Origin: Okamejei kenojei
Lineage: Eukaryota
Direction of reading: 5' to 3'
DNA: 64,000 bases
NCBI GenBank assembly: GCA_035221665.1
Contig: CM069135.1
Location: forward strand, 76,694,001 to 76,758,000
The position numbers were made by a program, and so were the translations under genes. Positions 36,735 to 50,200 of this stretch are shown in pieces (the first letter of the stretch is position 1; every line of letters begins with the position of its first letter). The notes under the pieces were generated by a model. It ran no database searches. It was given only the letters and a program-made list of their open reading frames with translations, and was not told the DNA's origin.

Positions 36735-37520
36735 AGGATGCATCACAGCTTGGTTTGGGAGCAGCCCCATCCAAGACCGCAAGAATTTGCAGTGTATTGT
36801 GGACTCGGCCCAAACCAACCTCCCTTCCATTGATTCAATTTGTATGCAAGGCCAGCAGCATAATCAAGGACGAGTTGCACCCTGGCCACTCTGTCTTACA
36901 AGATACAAGATACAAGATACATTTATTTGTCACGTGTGCCAATTGGCACAGTGAAATGAAATCACCATACAGTAAAAAATAAAGAACACAACATAGAGTA
37001 GATAGAATTCAACATAATACATCCCCACACAGCAGGATCATAGTTTCCCACTGTGAGGGAAGGCACCAAAGTCGGTCTCTTCCCCTGATGTTCCCCACTG
37101 TTCAGCCGTGGTCGGGGCCTCCCCGAGCCCTCTGCAGTCGCCGCTATGGGCGACCCAATGTTCAGGCCCCCTCGCCGGGGTGATGTAAGTCCGACGTCGG
37201 GGCTGGGGGATGTCCTCAGCGGCCTGGACCCTGAGTCGGCCCCCTCCTACCGGAGTCCGCGGCTCCTCTCTCCCATCGGGATATTCAGGGTCATATTTCT
37301 TCCTAGCTCTTATCAGGCAACTGAATCATCCTACAACAACTGAGAGCAGTCATACTATCTACCTCATTGGTAACTACTATCTTTGATTGGACTTTACTGG
37401 CTTTACCTTGTACTAAGCATTATTCCCTTAACATGTATCTGTACACTGTGGCTGGCTCGATTGTAATCATGTATTGTCTTTCTGCTGACTGGTACACAAT
37501 AGCTTTTCACTGTACCTCGG
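36735..37520 (+). mobile_element. Rex1/Babar-like LINE 3' fragment split by a minus-strand GC-rich retroelement (36898-37265)
   Basis: CITAWFGSSPIQDRKNLQ; resumes ctctcccatcggg...tgtacctcggtacatgtgaaaataaac; insert has a (tacaaga)n tail. Confidence 0.7.
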
Positions 37521-37979
37521 TACATGTGAAAATAAACTAGGTCTCATTTGGTGTATTGAATGCAGTTCTGGGTATCTCACTATAGGAAGGATGTGGGGGC
37601 TTTGGAGAGGATGCAGCTGAGGTTCACCAGGATGCTGCCTGGATTGAAGAGCATTAGGAATAGGAAACTATAAGGAGACTTAGATTATTTTCCCTTGAGT
37701 GTCAGAGGCTGAGGAGCGACGTGACAGTACGTACAATTAAGAAAGGCATAAATCGGGTAGACAGTCTTTTTCCCAGGGTGGTAATGTCAAAAGCCAAATG
37801 CTGTAGCTTTAAGCTAAGTGGGGGGAAATTTTAAAGAAATTTGCAAGGCAATTTAAAAAAAAAACATGGAATGCCTGGGCCCTAGAAATTGCTGCCAAGG
37901 AAGTAGATTAAATCAGATGTTATAGCAATATTTAGGACGCATTTAGACATACATGTGAGGGATAGTGACCATTTGCAGG

Positions 37980-39957
37980 CAGTGCCAGATTTACCTATAG
38001 ACTTGTTAGGCTGAAGCCTAGGGCCTCAGAATCTAGGGGGTCTCTGGCCAAGGTGTATAATATTTTTGACACTGTCATAGGCATTTCTTACAAACGCTGT
38101 CACAACGCACTGTTCTCTCTAAACAACCATAATTTTCCTTTTCCTTTGAAATGCCATCCATTTCAGAAGAATACTGTTTTAAGCTGATAACTCGACACTA
38201 GCACTGGCAATAAATACATTTATAAAAAGCGAAGCTTTCCAGCCCCTTATCTCATTGGTCATGCTCAGCTGCACATCGGTGTCAATCTGGTGGCACCGGG
38301 GTCCGGCATACTTTCACACGTGCTCCTGTAAGCAGCGATGGTCGGTGCAGGGAACACCTTTGGATACTTGCAGGCTTCAAAAGACAAAACTCAGGGGTTA
38401 GTAGGAAAGTGCAAAGATATTTGAACTAAGAAGTTGGCAATGAGTAATGCTAGGGATAGAGCTAGAAACTTACTGTGTAGTGCTGTGGCTGCCACTGTCA
38501 GGTTAGTAATAAAACTAAGCTTATTTGTAGCATCTTTGTTAACGATAGGAAAAAGCATATTCGTTTTGTAAACGGTTTTTGGAAGCACATTTGGAAGAAC
38601 TGGAATTTGTGTTTATGCTGTATTTTTGGACCTGTGTGCTAGGTCATTTCCACAAGGTCAACAAAGCCATTCAGAAATCAAAACTGTTATTGAGTACTTG
38701 TGCAAGTTTGTACAGTTCACTTCAGGATTTTTTTAAGCAATGTTAGAGAAGATTTTTGATGAGCTTGAGCAACAAGCAAAGGCCACCTTGCCAAATGTTA
38801 ACTACGGAAGTGTCACAGGGAGACAAAAAGTAAGGAAACGGCAAGGAAATGATGGATGTGCACCAGGTCCTGATGTTTTAGATAAACTCTCTTCAGGAGA
38901 TAAGTTTAGGATAAAATCCTTTATTCCTATACTAGATGCACTTGAAACCAATTTAAGAAGAAGAGCTACTGTGTACAGTGATGTTGCACAAATGTTTTCA
39001 TTTCTTGCTAATCTGACCGTATCTAAGCAAGAAATTCAGCAAGGTGTTAACCTGTTGATGGAAGCATATCCAGAAGATGTTGACCTGAAACTTACGGATA
39101 AACATTTGCACTTTCACTTGTATGTGAGACAAAGCCATAGGCCTACAGAAGAGCACTCTCTGTCTCATACAGACCTTTATCAAATTATATACAAGGACAA
39201 AATTCAGATGGCCTTCCCCAATGTGGAAGCAATCTTGCTGCTGTTTCTTATCTTAATGGTCACTAACTGCTCGGGAGATAGGTATTCTACAAGACTCAAA
39301 AGAATTAAAAATGAATTAAGGGCCACAATGTCTCAAGACAGGTTGTCAGCACTGAGCATTCTGTGCATTGAGAGTGACAAACTTAGACAAACACATTTTG
39401 ATGAACTTCTGGATGATTTTGCAATGAGGAAGGCTAGAAACTTTTTTTGTCTCAAAGTATTTGATGATTGTAGTTTATTTATTTCTTAACATGTCAATAT
39501 ACAGTAGGATCTAAAAGTGTCACACTGTCACTGTCAGGTAGTCATGGTCTTCTTATTATCACTTCCCAGGCAATAACCTTTTAAGCTCACATTTTTGATT
39601 GTTTTTTTTATTTTTATTTTTTAATATAAAAGTAAACCTACAATTTTATTTTCCTAAAAATTCCTGCTTATTCCACAAAATGTTTACAAAGTTCAGTTAT
39701 AGCAAAAGTTTTTCACAGTGTTCATTTTAACATTCATGCATTTTTTTTTCAATCACTACAGTATTTAACAATAACATTTTATGTCCTTTAGACAAGGAAT
39801 TGCGAATTGCGGAATTTTAAACACCCGTCATCATCCTTGGCTTTACTCAAATTATTTAAAACACTCTTCCATCTTCCTCTAGTCGTGGGGGTGGGGATTG
39901 GGAGGGGCCTCACAAGTGGAATAGCCTAGGGCCTCTCTTCATCTAAATCCGGCATTG
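37980..39957 (+). mobile_element. hAT DNA transposon, internally deleted
   Basis: Perfect 8-bp TSD tttgcagg (37972-37979 and 39958-39965); imperfect TIRs cagtgccagattta / taaatccggcattg. Confidence 0.92.
38740..39489 (+). pseudogene. hAT transposase C-terminal remnant (hATC dimerisation domain)
   Basis: AFPNVEAILLLFLILMVTNCSGDRYSTRLKRIKNELRATMSQDRLSALSILCIE matches the hAT FP...T..S.ER.FS.LK.IK..LRS.M...RL..L motif, with the catalytic ER-FS decayed. Confidence 0.85.
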
Positions 39958-42506
39958 TTTGCAGGCATATGAGATTGTTTTAGTTTGGCATCATGGTTGC
40001 TGCAGACATACTAAGCAGGAGGGGCCTGTTCCTGTCCCAAACTGTTTAATTCAATGTTCCAACCTAACCTACAGCAGGTTTAACAAGCAGTTCCCACCTC
40101 CTGGAAATAATCAAACCGATTTCTTGAGGCTAGCGTACTGCTGGTATGATTTTCTGGTGTTTTGTCAAAATTATTCAGTCAGTTTTATTCATTGTGAAGT
40201 GTCTCTTCCTACTGTTACCAGTATTTATCTTTAGTTATAATGGGAAACAATAAGCAAAAGGTCACTCAGCAGGTCAGATGGCATCTGTGGAAGGAGAAGT
40301 GGCATTGACGTATATGTTTAAACCCTTCATCAAAACAAGGAAAGGGAGAAATAGGTCGTTTTTAATTTGCAAAGAAGGTGGGAGAGGAATGGCTGGGACA
40401 ATGTGAGCCGACATTACTCATAGTCATACAGTGTTGAAACAGGCCTTTTGGCCCAACTTGCTGTGGATGTAAGTTGTAAAGGTCATCTATTCAATGTGAA
40501 ATGGGAGTAGTGAGAAAGAGAAAATAAATGGAACAAAAGGTAGAGACGAGTGTAGTCAGCCATTACAGAGGTTCATTGTTATTCGGTAAAACTCAGCAAT
40601 CCCAATGCTTTTTATAATTTTCAGTCAACAGTAACTGGATTTTTTTTTCCTTTTCATCACTTTCCCAAACAGTAAAAAACTCATAAATTGAAGTAACTGA
40701 TATATTAACTGACACCTGGAGTTGAACAAAATGTAATAATGATGTAAGAGGAAATGCATGACGAGACATCCATTCCAGTCAATAACACGAAACATGCTCA
40801 TATCATCAGTTTTAGGTTTAGGTTGATTATTTTCATGTGTGCTAAGGTAGAGTGGAATGATGGTGAATGTTTGCGGCATTGATAGTAGTAAATTAGGCAT
40901 GTTACCTTACCTTTCTTTGGCACCAGGCTGATGATGGTCTACTTAAAACAGTTTGGGACCTCAAATGTAGCAGTGAATGGTTAAAGAAGTCTGTGAATAT
41001 CTCTGTCAGCTGGTACGCACAGGTCCTGTGGACACAACTGGGGTCTCCACCCGGGCCAGATACTTTCCATGGATTCACACTCAGGAAAGCCAGTCCTTAA
41101 GTCTGCCACAGTAACCATTGGCACAGGCACACCCAGGATTGACAGTTCTGACACGAGACTGAAGGTGGTATTTTAGCTCTGAAACTCTCGCCGCTGCTGG
41201 GGATGACCGTTGTCTGATACTTGTGTACTGTGAATGTTACTTACCACTAATCAACTCATGCCTGAATATTGTCTAGATCGTGCAACATAGAAAGGTCGAC
41301 TGCTTCATTTTTGGGGAAATTGAAAGTTATTTGAAAAATATGCCATAATTTGCGAGTATTCTCACTTCTGAACATATGGGTAGAAAGTCATTAATGAAGC
41401 AGCTGAAGATGATTGGGCCAAGACACTGCTCCGGGGAACTTCTGCAATGATGTCCTGGGGCTGGAACGATTAACTTCCAACAAGTGCAACAATCTTCCTC
41501 GGTGTATAGTATGAATCCAGTCATTAGAGTGTTTTCTACTTGATGGCCATTCACCAGTTTTACCAGGGCTCCTTGATACCACACTTGGTCAATAGCCATC
41601 TTGATGAGAAGAGCAGTCACTTTCAATTAACCTCCAAAGTTAATCACTTTGACTTCTGTTGGCTCAGGATCTGGAGATAAATGGTTATCATTGAGCAGTT
41701 TTCCATAAACTACTACATTCTGCTTCTTACAGTTCCAGCCTTGTCTACCACCTTTGTTCGTCTTTTTTTTTAAACTCCTCCATACAGATCAGCTATGATT
41801 AATGGAGATTCATCACCCTGTCTCACCTCCTTCTCCCAGTAGTTCTAAACACACTTGCTTTCTTGTTTTAGTTCTCATCAACTTGCATTGTTAACTCCAT
41901 TATTATCTCTACAGATACTGGCTGATCTGCTGTGAACCTACTGAAGTTCTATTTTTATTTTGGGTTTCCACCATATCTAAAATTTTGCTTCCTAATGCAG
42001 ACATGGACTAAGGTGGGCTGGGAGTTACTTTGCTGCCTACGCAGGCACTAGTCAGCAAAAACGACAGAGAAAGCTGCCCAGTCTCGCAACCACTGGATTT
42101 GGTCAAAGCTCAGCAGTCCAGTCACATCTTAATGATGGTGGGCAGTTAAACGGCTAATGGGAGGAGGTAGCTCTGAGTATAAAGCATTTCTGTCAGAGTA
42201 AAGGAGTAGTTACGGGCATGCTGTTCACGTTTAAAATCGTGACAATGAAGTACATTGTCTGCGGGCGTGAAACAGTCAGACAGGCCTGGCCTCTGACTGC
42301 ATCCTTCACAAATGTATCTGAAACCGAAACAAAGTCATGGAGTGAGTCTGTGTGAAATAAAATACAAACTTACAGCTGACAAGAGGTAGAGTAACCTTCA
42401 GGGGCTTTTTGTCCTCTCTAGTATATTCGTGTGGTATTAACCCCAAATGCAGCAAAATGTATCTGTCACTTTTATCTAATTGCTGGCTCAATCTGTCATT
42501 GCCCAG

Positions 42507-42668
42507 GTCCTGATGTTCCACACGCAGGATGGGTTCCAGGTTGTGAAGCAGGGTGGCCAGTCTCCACACCATTGACCAGTGGTCAGAACATCACCAGCAG
42601 AAGATTCAGTGCTGCCTCTGATAGTGGAGACACTGGAATAGGCACTTCAAGTTCAGATAGCATTGAAG
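42507..42668 (+). CDS. CEP85L: CEP85L coding exon 2 ([54 protein letters not shown], phase 1-1)
   Basis: Acceptor cattgcccag|GT, donor GAAG|gtgagt; 162 nt; matches recalled human [23 protein letters not shown] better than paralog CEP85 (DSGDTAIGTSCSDIAE). Confidence 0.9.
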
Positions 42669-42929
42669 GTGAGTGAGACTTTGACCTTGCTGTGTGCGAA
42701 TGCTTACTTTAATATTGGACAGTGCTGTTTATATTTATGGGTGAGAGTAGATCTTTTATGTTGTCACCATGATTCTCATGGCAATAAATGTGGAGCAGTA
42801 CATGAAACCTGCTACGCATGAAATCTTAAAATGTGTTTTATTTTGGAGATGGATATATCTAGATTATCAGATATGTTTGCTGTTATGGTTATAAATAATA
42901 GTGATGATAATAGTGTTTGTCTTTCTTTG

Positions 42930-43590
42930 CTGTGACTAGTGGGGTGCTGCAAGGCTCAATGCAGGGACTGCAGTTATTTACAATTTATATGAACGATTTA
43001 GACGAGGGAATTAAATATACCATCTCCAAATTTGCAGATGACAGACAGCTGGGTGGCTGTGTGAGCTGCAAGGAGGATGCTATGAGGCTGAGGGTGACTT
43101 GGATAGGTTGGGTCAGTGAGCAGATGCATGGCAGGTGCAGTATAATATGGATAAACGTGAGGCTATCCACTTTGGTGGCAAGAACAGGAAGGCAGATTAT
43201 TATCTGAATGGTGTCAGATTAAGGAAAGGGGAGGTGCAACGAGACCTGGGTGTGCTTGTACATCAATCACTGAAAGTAAGCATGCAAGTACAGCAGAAAG
43301 TGAAGAAAACTAATGGCATGTTGTCCTTCATTGCGCGAGGATTTGAGTTTAGGAGCAAGGAGGTCCTACTGCAGTTGTACAGGGCGTTGGTGAGACCGCA
43401 CCTGGAGTATTGTGTGCAGTTTTGGTTTCCTAGTTTGAGGAAGGACATTTCTGCTATTGAGGGAGTGCAGGGTAGGTACACCAGGTTAATTCCCGGGACT
43501 GACATATGATAAAAGAATGGGTTGACTGGGCTTGTATTCACTGGAGTTCAGCAGGATGAGAGGGGATCTTATAGAAACATATAAAATTCT
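42930..43590 (+). mobile_element. CR1 RT fragment
   Basis: GVLQGSM..YMNDLDEG..KFADD; LYRALVRPHLEYCVQFW. Confidence 0.9.
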
Positions 43591-43708
43591 TCCTATGAAT
43601 ATTGGAGAAAATATTGTACAGTTTCAGATGCGATGAAATGTAACTCATTGAATCATGTTTGAATTGAACAAAATCCTTGGGTAATTATTGACCTTTGAGG
43701 CACTACTA

Positions 43709-44323
43709 ATGGGTCTGTCCCACTTAGGCGATTTTTCAGCGGACTGTCGGTGACAGTCAGAGTGCAACACACACATGCATGCACGCATGCACGCGCGCAC
43801 ACACACACACACACACTCCAAAAAAAATCACACGGTGAAACAGGCACACACTGCGATGAACATGCCACCGTATAAAGACGGCTAAAGCACAGTGTATGGT
43901 AAGTCTTTTAAGAGAGGGGGGAGAAGGAGTGGGTACAACTTTTACGAAGCCGGAGATACACGGCTATGAAGCTCGGTGGACATTTAACATCACTGGTTGG
44001 TTATCCTTGGATCTGAAAATCTTTTTTTCCCAATGAACCAATGAATTCACCGGTCAGCACCGACTACAACCTACGAGAACCTCCAAAAGCCTTTGACTTC
44101 CTGGCAACCCACTAGGACCACCTGGCGACCCACCTACAGCTCGAGAATTCTCACTACTCTCCATGGCGGCTTCATTCTAGTCGCCGCTAATTCCCAGAAT
44201 GCAGGAACTCCTCGTGACCATGAAGGCGACTTCCCGGCAACTACCCGCGAACATGTGGTGACCATGTGGTGACTGCATAGTCTCCTGCAGTTGCCTAAAA
44301 AGTCGTCCAAGTGGGATAGGCCA
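43709..44323. mobile_element. MITE (PIF/Harbinger- or ISL2EU-like), copy 1
   Basis: Ends atgggtctgtcccactt / aagtgggataggcca; body homologous to 46485-47240. Confidence 0.7.
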
Positions 44324-44470
44324 GATTCTGCATTTAATTGACCCATTCTAATTCCTCCTTTTTACCAAGGTGTCCTTTTGTCCCTAAGATGATTATCAGC
44401 TGATCTTTCCAACAACTTTCCGGATGCACTTTCACCTGTGGGTCAGAAACCTCATAGGCTCAACTTTAAT

Positions 44471-44685
44471 GTGCAGGAAAGAACTGCAGATGCTGGCTTA
44501 AATCCAAGATAGACACAACAGGCTGGAGTAACTCAGCAGGTCAGGCAGCATCTCTGGAGGAATGGGTGACGTTTCGGGTAGAGACTGTTTTGATTCTGAA
44601 GAAGGTTCTCATCCCAAAACGTCACCCATTCCTTCTCTCCAGAGATGCTGCCTGCCCCGCTGAGTTACTCCAACATTTTGTGTCT
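44471..44685. mobile_element. Penelope-derived fold-back mini-element with 14-nt TSD
   Basis: ggctcaactttaat (44457-44470) / ggctcaattttaat (44686-44699); ~80-nt inverted arms. Confidence 0.8.
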
Positions 44686-46189
44686 GGCTCAATTTTAATA
44701 CTGGATTAATATAACCAATTTGTTTTTTCACAGATGAAGTCCTTGAATACCCACTAGCTCACAGTTGAAGTGAGCATTAGAGTCTAACCAAACGAGCATA
44801 ACATTAAATATTTTATTCCTGTATCACTGAATCAATAAGCTGTAGCCAATCATGGTTGTTGTTGGAAATAGGTCAGGAACAGCACATTTTCTCCACATGG
44901 CAGAAATGTGAGCTTTTGGGCAAAAAAAACCCCTTGAAACTGGGGTTACTTATTCACAACAAAACCAGGATCAGTGTCAGGCAGTGTTTAGAAATGAGCC
45001 AGCATCCAAAGGGTCATCACAGTCATATCGATGTCTTCCATCTTGCATTCCCCAGCCTTGCTTTACAATGGTGAGCACAATGTGAAATAATTCACTGCAG
45101 ATCCTCTCACTGATTGTAAGTGAAATATTGTAGCAATCACATGATCTGCTTCTGGTGATTAACCCACATGCTGCAGTGGCTTAGGGCCTGCCTGGGCATT
45201 GAAGCTAATCATGCCAGTTCCTCAGCTATACCAAAGTATGCTTTGTCCTCTTTCCTCTAACTTCATCGCCTCCTGAGCAGTTTTTCTGCTGCCATACTGT
45301 GACCTCAACTGAAAAGTCCTTCAGTGCTTGATGATCAGCATGGCAGTTGCCAGCTCTGTATTGGGATCCAAATGTGAAAAGCAAAGTTCCCATCTGAGTA
45401 CACTAATTCATGTGCTAAATGCCATTGCACTATTGTCATCTAATTTTGCAATTCTAATATTTCTAAATGTTGTCTCGGAAATAAGATGAGAATTAGAGGC
45501 ACCACTTGCACCAAGAAAGGATGAATGCCAATTTCTTGGCAATTTATGTTCATAGTCTGGTAAGAACTGATGTGTATCTGTGTACTGGAGAAAGTAGTAT
45601 TTAAAAAAATTAAATGAATATTTATTTTTGCAGCCCCAATAAGTCCTGCTCGACAGCTGTATCAGAGATGTACTGCTGGAAGGGAAAATGACACAGGCAG
45701 TGAAATGGGGATGTGGGAGACCTTTCCTTATCCTCTTTGCTCTTAATGGATGCATCTTAATGCTGTTTGTACATTTTTATTTTTATTCTTGAATACAATG
45801 CAGTTTTTATAACCCGGTACAAATTGATGTGTTCCTATTGATTTTGTGATACAGTGTATTGCTTTGCCAGTTTACACTATACAGGGTGAGCACTACAGAA
45901 GTTTTAGATGTGAGGCTGCAGAGCCAAGGTTATGCAGAGGATGCAAGCAAGATAATATTTCACTAAAAGGTTACATGTTAACTTGAGCAGTGTCGACAAC
46001 AGGATGGCACCAGGACTGCTAAAGTGAAATACAGCATTAATTTAGTTTCAGCATTTGTCAGATATTATTACCTTCAGGATGGCAAAAAAAAGAATCAAAG
46101 AATCATGAAATACCTGGAATGATAACATTAGCTAACTCCCATCTTTTGATGTCGAGATAATTTTTGCAGTTGCTTAATTGCAAGACGAG

Positions 46190-46350
46190 ATTCCAAGGAC
46201 GTACAGGTATGTAGGTTAATTGGCTTGGTATCATTGTGAATTGTCCCTTGTGTGTAGGATAGTGTTAATGTGCGGGAATCGCTGGTCGGTGTGGACTCGG
46301 TGGGCTGAAGGGCCTGTTTCCGCGCTGTATCTCTAAACTAAACTAAACTA
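46190..46350 (+). mobile_element. SINE 3' half
   Basis: tccaaggacgtacagg...gggcctgtttccgcgctgtatctc(taaac)n. Confidence 0.8.
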
Positions 46351-46484
46351 AAGTAAATAATTAAGCACAATTAGAATCTGGGATTGTGATTTTTTTTAAA
46401 TGTGGCAGTTCCATACAATGTAATATCACTGAGAATCGATCGTCACTGTGTTAAGCCTGTGCCACTTTAAGAATTATGCGACTA

Positions 46485-47240
46485 ATGGGCCTGTCCTACT
46501 TAGGCGATTTTTCAGGCAACTGTCAAGTTGCCGGCAGTCACCTGAAAAACCGGCAACTGGAGCGGCGACTCAGAGTTGCACACACACACAGCTTTCTTCA
46601 CCAGACCATTATGCAGGCGGGGGACAGGGCAAGGCAAGTGGGGGTAGCGATGTCTGAGTGAAATTCACACGGTGCAAAGTCAAGGTGATACAGACACACA
46701 CCGTGATGAACAGGAAGGCTGGGGCTGTAATTAAGGTGGCTAAAGCACAGTGTGCGGTAAGTCCTTTAAGAGAGGGGGGAGAAGGAGTGGAGACAACTTT
46801 TAAGAAGCCAGACATACACGGCAGTTAAGCTCGGCAGACATTAACATTACCGGTCAGTTATCCTTGGTTCTGAAAACTACTTCTTTTTTACCCAATGAGC
46901 CAATGAAATTCACCGGTCAGCACTGGCTACAACCTACGAGAACCTTCGACCTCCTGGCAACCCACTTCGACCTCCTGGCAACCCTTCTGGCGACCCACCT
47001 ACGGCATGAGAATTTTCGCTTCTCTCCATGGCGTCTTCATTCTTGTCGCCGCTAATTTTTCAACATGTTGAAAAATTCGCTGCGACCATAATGAGGCCGC
47101 GACTAGTTCCCAGAATGCGGGAACTCCTCACGACCATGAAGGCGACTTCCCCACAACTAACCGTGAACATGTTGCAACCATGTAGCGACTGCATAGTCTC
47201 CTGCAGTCACCTAAAAAGTTGCCTAAGTGGGACAACCCAT
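46485..47240. mobile_element. MITE (PIF/Harbinger- or ISL2EU-like), copy 2
   Basis: ta|atgggcctgtcctacttaggc ... gcctaagtgggacaacccat|ta; internal 21-nt tandem duplication at ~46945-46985. Confidence 0.75.
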
Positions 47241-50200
47241 TACTGTTTGGTTGTTGCGATATTGTTTTGTGTGAAGTTGCAGAGATTATTTCTGCCTCTG
47301 CGGTGAAAACTATTGGAACAATGTTTTCTATCCTGAAGATCCCCTGAAGAACATCTCCATCCTCAAAATATACACGTAATAATTCATTAATTGAAATTCA
47401 TTCACATAACATAAATTCATGTTATTATGTTGTTTACATGGGAATAGCCTAATGTTGGGTTGACAGATAAATTATAACAAAAAAGAGTGTATGAAGTAGG
47501 AAGCACCCTAGGCACAGGGTTGTAAGATTGTGGAGAAGGGGGGTAGGGGGCATGATCTAAAATCAAAGGTCTTGGGTTTTCCCAGGAAACGTCAAGGATA
47601 GGAATCCAATGTTAAATTTCCATGAGATGGAATACTTGGGGAATGAACATAATCATTCAAAGGAACATATTGACACTTGTTGTAGAGCTACATTGCCAAT
47701 AATTGCTCTCATTGGCCATGGATGATTGTCACAAATAAAGGTCAGAGGTGAACCATCTGAGCCTATTTAATCTTCATGGCTGTTTACAGCAAATAATTTC
47801 CTGTTTTTTAATAGTTTTAAAATATACCTTTGATAAAATGCTTATTCTGTGTGATTTTGCGATGATGTGCCATTGAAGTTATAAAATCCCCTGTATGTGC
47901 TGGCATAAAACTTGCTTACTCTTCTGCTGATCAACTGCAGTGCTATGCAGAGTCATTGCTTTTTAATGAGTTGAAATCTTCAATTTGGATTAACTTTAAT
48001 ACCTGTAGTTGAAATGAGTTGATGCTTTAGGGTATTATTCCAATATATTCCTCGTACTTCATTGTGCAATAGATTTTATTGGTATAGAGTTTTTGCTTTG
48101 CAGAAGCCGGAATGAAATTCAATATGTTGGATGTCTGGTGTTGTAGCAACCCCTGAGGTTATACAGGAAAATCACTCTGTTTTATGTACTACTATATATC
48201 CCAAGGCTTCTTGTGATTTCCTGACTTTGAAAATTGATATTATAATTAACAGACCAAGCAAGGTTCATACCATAAAATGTTGGAGTTTTTCTTTTAACTG
48301 CAGAACAGCTTAAATTTAAACATCGTGTAAATCAGAATAACATGTAGTGTAGAACATAATTTAACAAAGTTCAAAGAGCTTCCTAGAATCATAATGAACA
48401 AACATTTAAAACACCTCCTCGTGGTGTTTTGCAGAGATGTAAGGAGATAAGCCATAAGATACAGAAGAAGAGAAAATGGGAGAATTTGAGGGATTTATAC
48501 AAGGTGAAAGTGAATGCCCGATACCAGCTCTTAAGCAGATGTAGTGATAGTTGGCAATTATTGGATTTAAGGAGGAGATGTATATTAGACTGAAGGTACA
48601 TCCATTTGGGTCAGACGAGAATAGAGAGGGAGATGCATGGGATCTGAGGAATTAATGATCTTAATATAAATTTAAGGCATTTAATGATTGGAAGATGCTA
48701 TAAATGGACAGGGGTAAGTATGAACGGCAAGTTTATCTAGACATGAATTTGTGTGAACAGAACAGCAAGTTGGTTTAATTGGGTGAATGATATCAGGCTA
48801 TCCAGGCAAGAATGAAAGGAAGCAGTAGAGATGCGTATAATTATGACTATTGAAAGATACTTGAATTGGTACACAGAAAAGGTATGGAGGGATATGGGCC
48901 CAGCATAGGCCAATGGGACTAGTTTAGTTAAGCAAACTTGGTCGGAATGGGAGGATTGGGCTGAAGAGATTGTTTCAGTGCTGCGTATCTCTATGACTCT
49001 GTCCTGGGTTCTGCTTCATTCTTCTGTAGGGCATGACGCTGAACAATTTGGAAACAGGCCCTTTGGCTCACTGCCCATATCAGTCAACAAGAACTGATCT
49101 ATAATAATCCTAATTTCTAGCCGACTCACCCATTATCTCCAATGGCATTGCATTTCAAGTAGTTATCTAAGGGTTATTACATTTTGTGTAACCATCAAAA
49201 AGGATGAAATTCAATATGTTGGATGGTGGGAGGAGAGTGATGGAAAACCAAAGACGATAACTTTGTATCCCTAATATTTGGGTGGATGAAGCTGGAGCTC
49301 ATGCATGTTTGGAAATTAATCAGGCAGTCTACTAACACAAGGTTAATATTAATGCAAGGGAAGGTAACACCAGGAGTCCTTATCGCGAATGCAGAGGGTG
49401 ATTTAATGATGGTTTAATCAATGTTACCAAGAGGGAATAAATAGGTGAGGAGATCAATTCAAGGAACAAATATTGGGACAATGTGATGGTGATGGAAGAA
49501 TGAATCTCTCGATAATCTGTGGGTTTGATTATTTGGAAGAAGGTGGGAATCGAGCAAGGGCAGGCTTCTAAAGCTAAAGATTGGCTGCGGAAAGGAGAAA
49601 TTTGAGGTTTTAAAAAACAATTCTCTTAATAGTGACATATAATGTGCATGCTTTTACCATTTAAATTGAGACCAGATTCCAGTGGAGTTAGTAAATCTCT
49701 GCTCAGTGATTATGAGCCTGCCAAAAAAGGTGACAGGAATATTAACTCTAAATACCCAACAGAATAGCTGGAGTGGGTAATAGAAAATGTCAGGTTGGTC
49801 CGACACACATAGGCATGATAGAATATCTATGCCAAGAGAGTAACATGCCAGTATTTCTGGTTGAGTGCAGTATCTGTAGAAAGCATATATAGGAAATAAG
49901 TTGGGCAGCCTGGCTCATTAATACAGAATACTGGGAGAAATGCTAATCTGCTTGTGTTATTTAAAATGGGAAATGCTGGAAGTACTTAGCAATATCTGTG
50001 GAGAGAGAGGAACAGTTGTTTCAGTTGCTCCCCCTACACCAGAACTCTCTGATTTAATTAGTAGCACAAGGAACTGCAGATGCTGAAATCTAAAACAATA
50101 AACAAGCTGAAGGAAGAACTCAGCAGGCAACATCACTGGAGGGAAATGGACTGATGACGTTTCATGTTGGGATACTTCGGACTGGCTAATTGGTCTGAAG

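Larger units (their letters stand above)
37540..40050 (+). mobile_element. Old CR1 3' fragment (37540-37979 plus 39966-40050) hosting the hAT insertion
   Basis: gcagttctgg..tataggaaggatgtgg..ggttcaccaggatgctgcctgg; resumes after the TSD with ggcctgttcctgt. Confidence 0.75.

Noticed and set aside
48389-48601. Hydrophobic minus-strand ORF as nested phospholamban (PLN)
   Set aside because: No RRAST or LFINFCLILICLLL-like match; PLN is expected further downstream, after CEP85L exon 3, which is not in this window.
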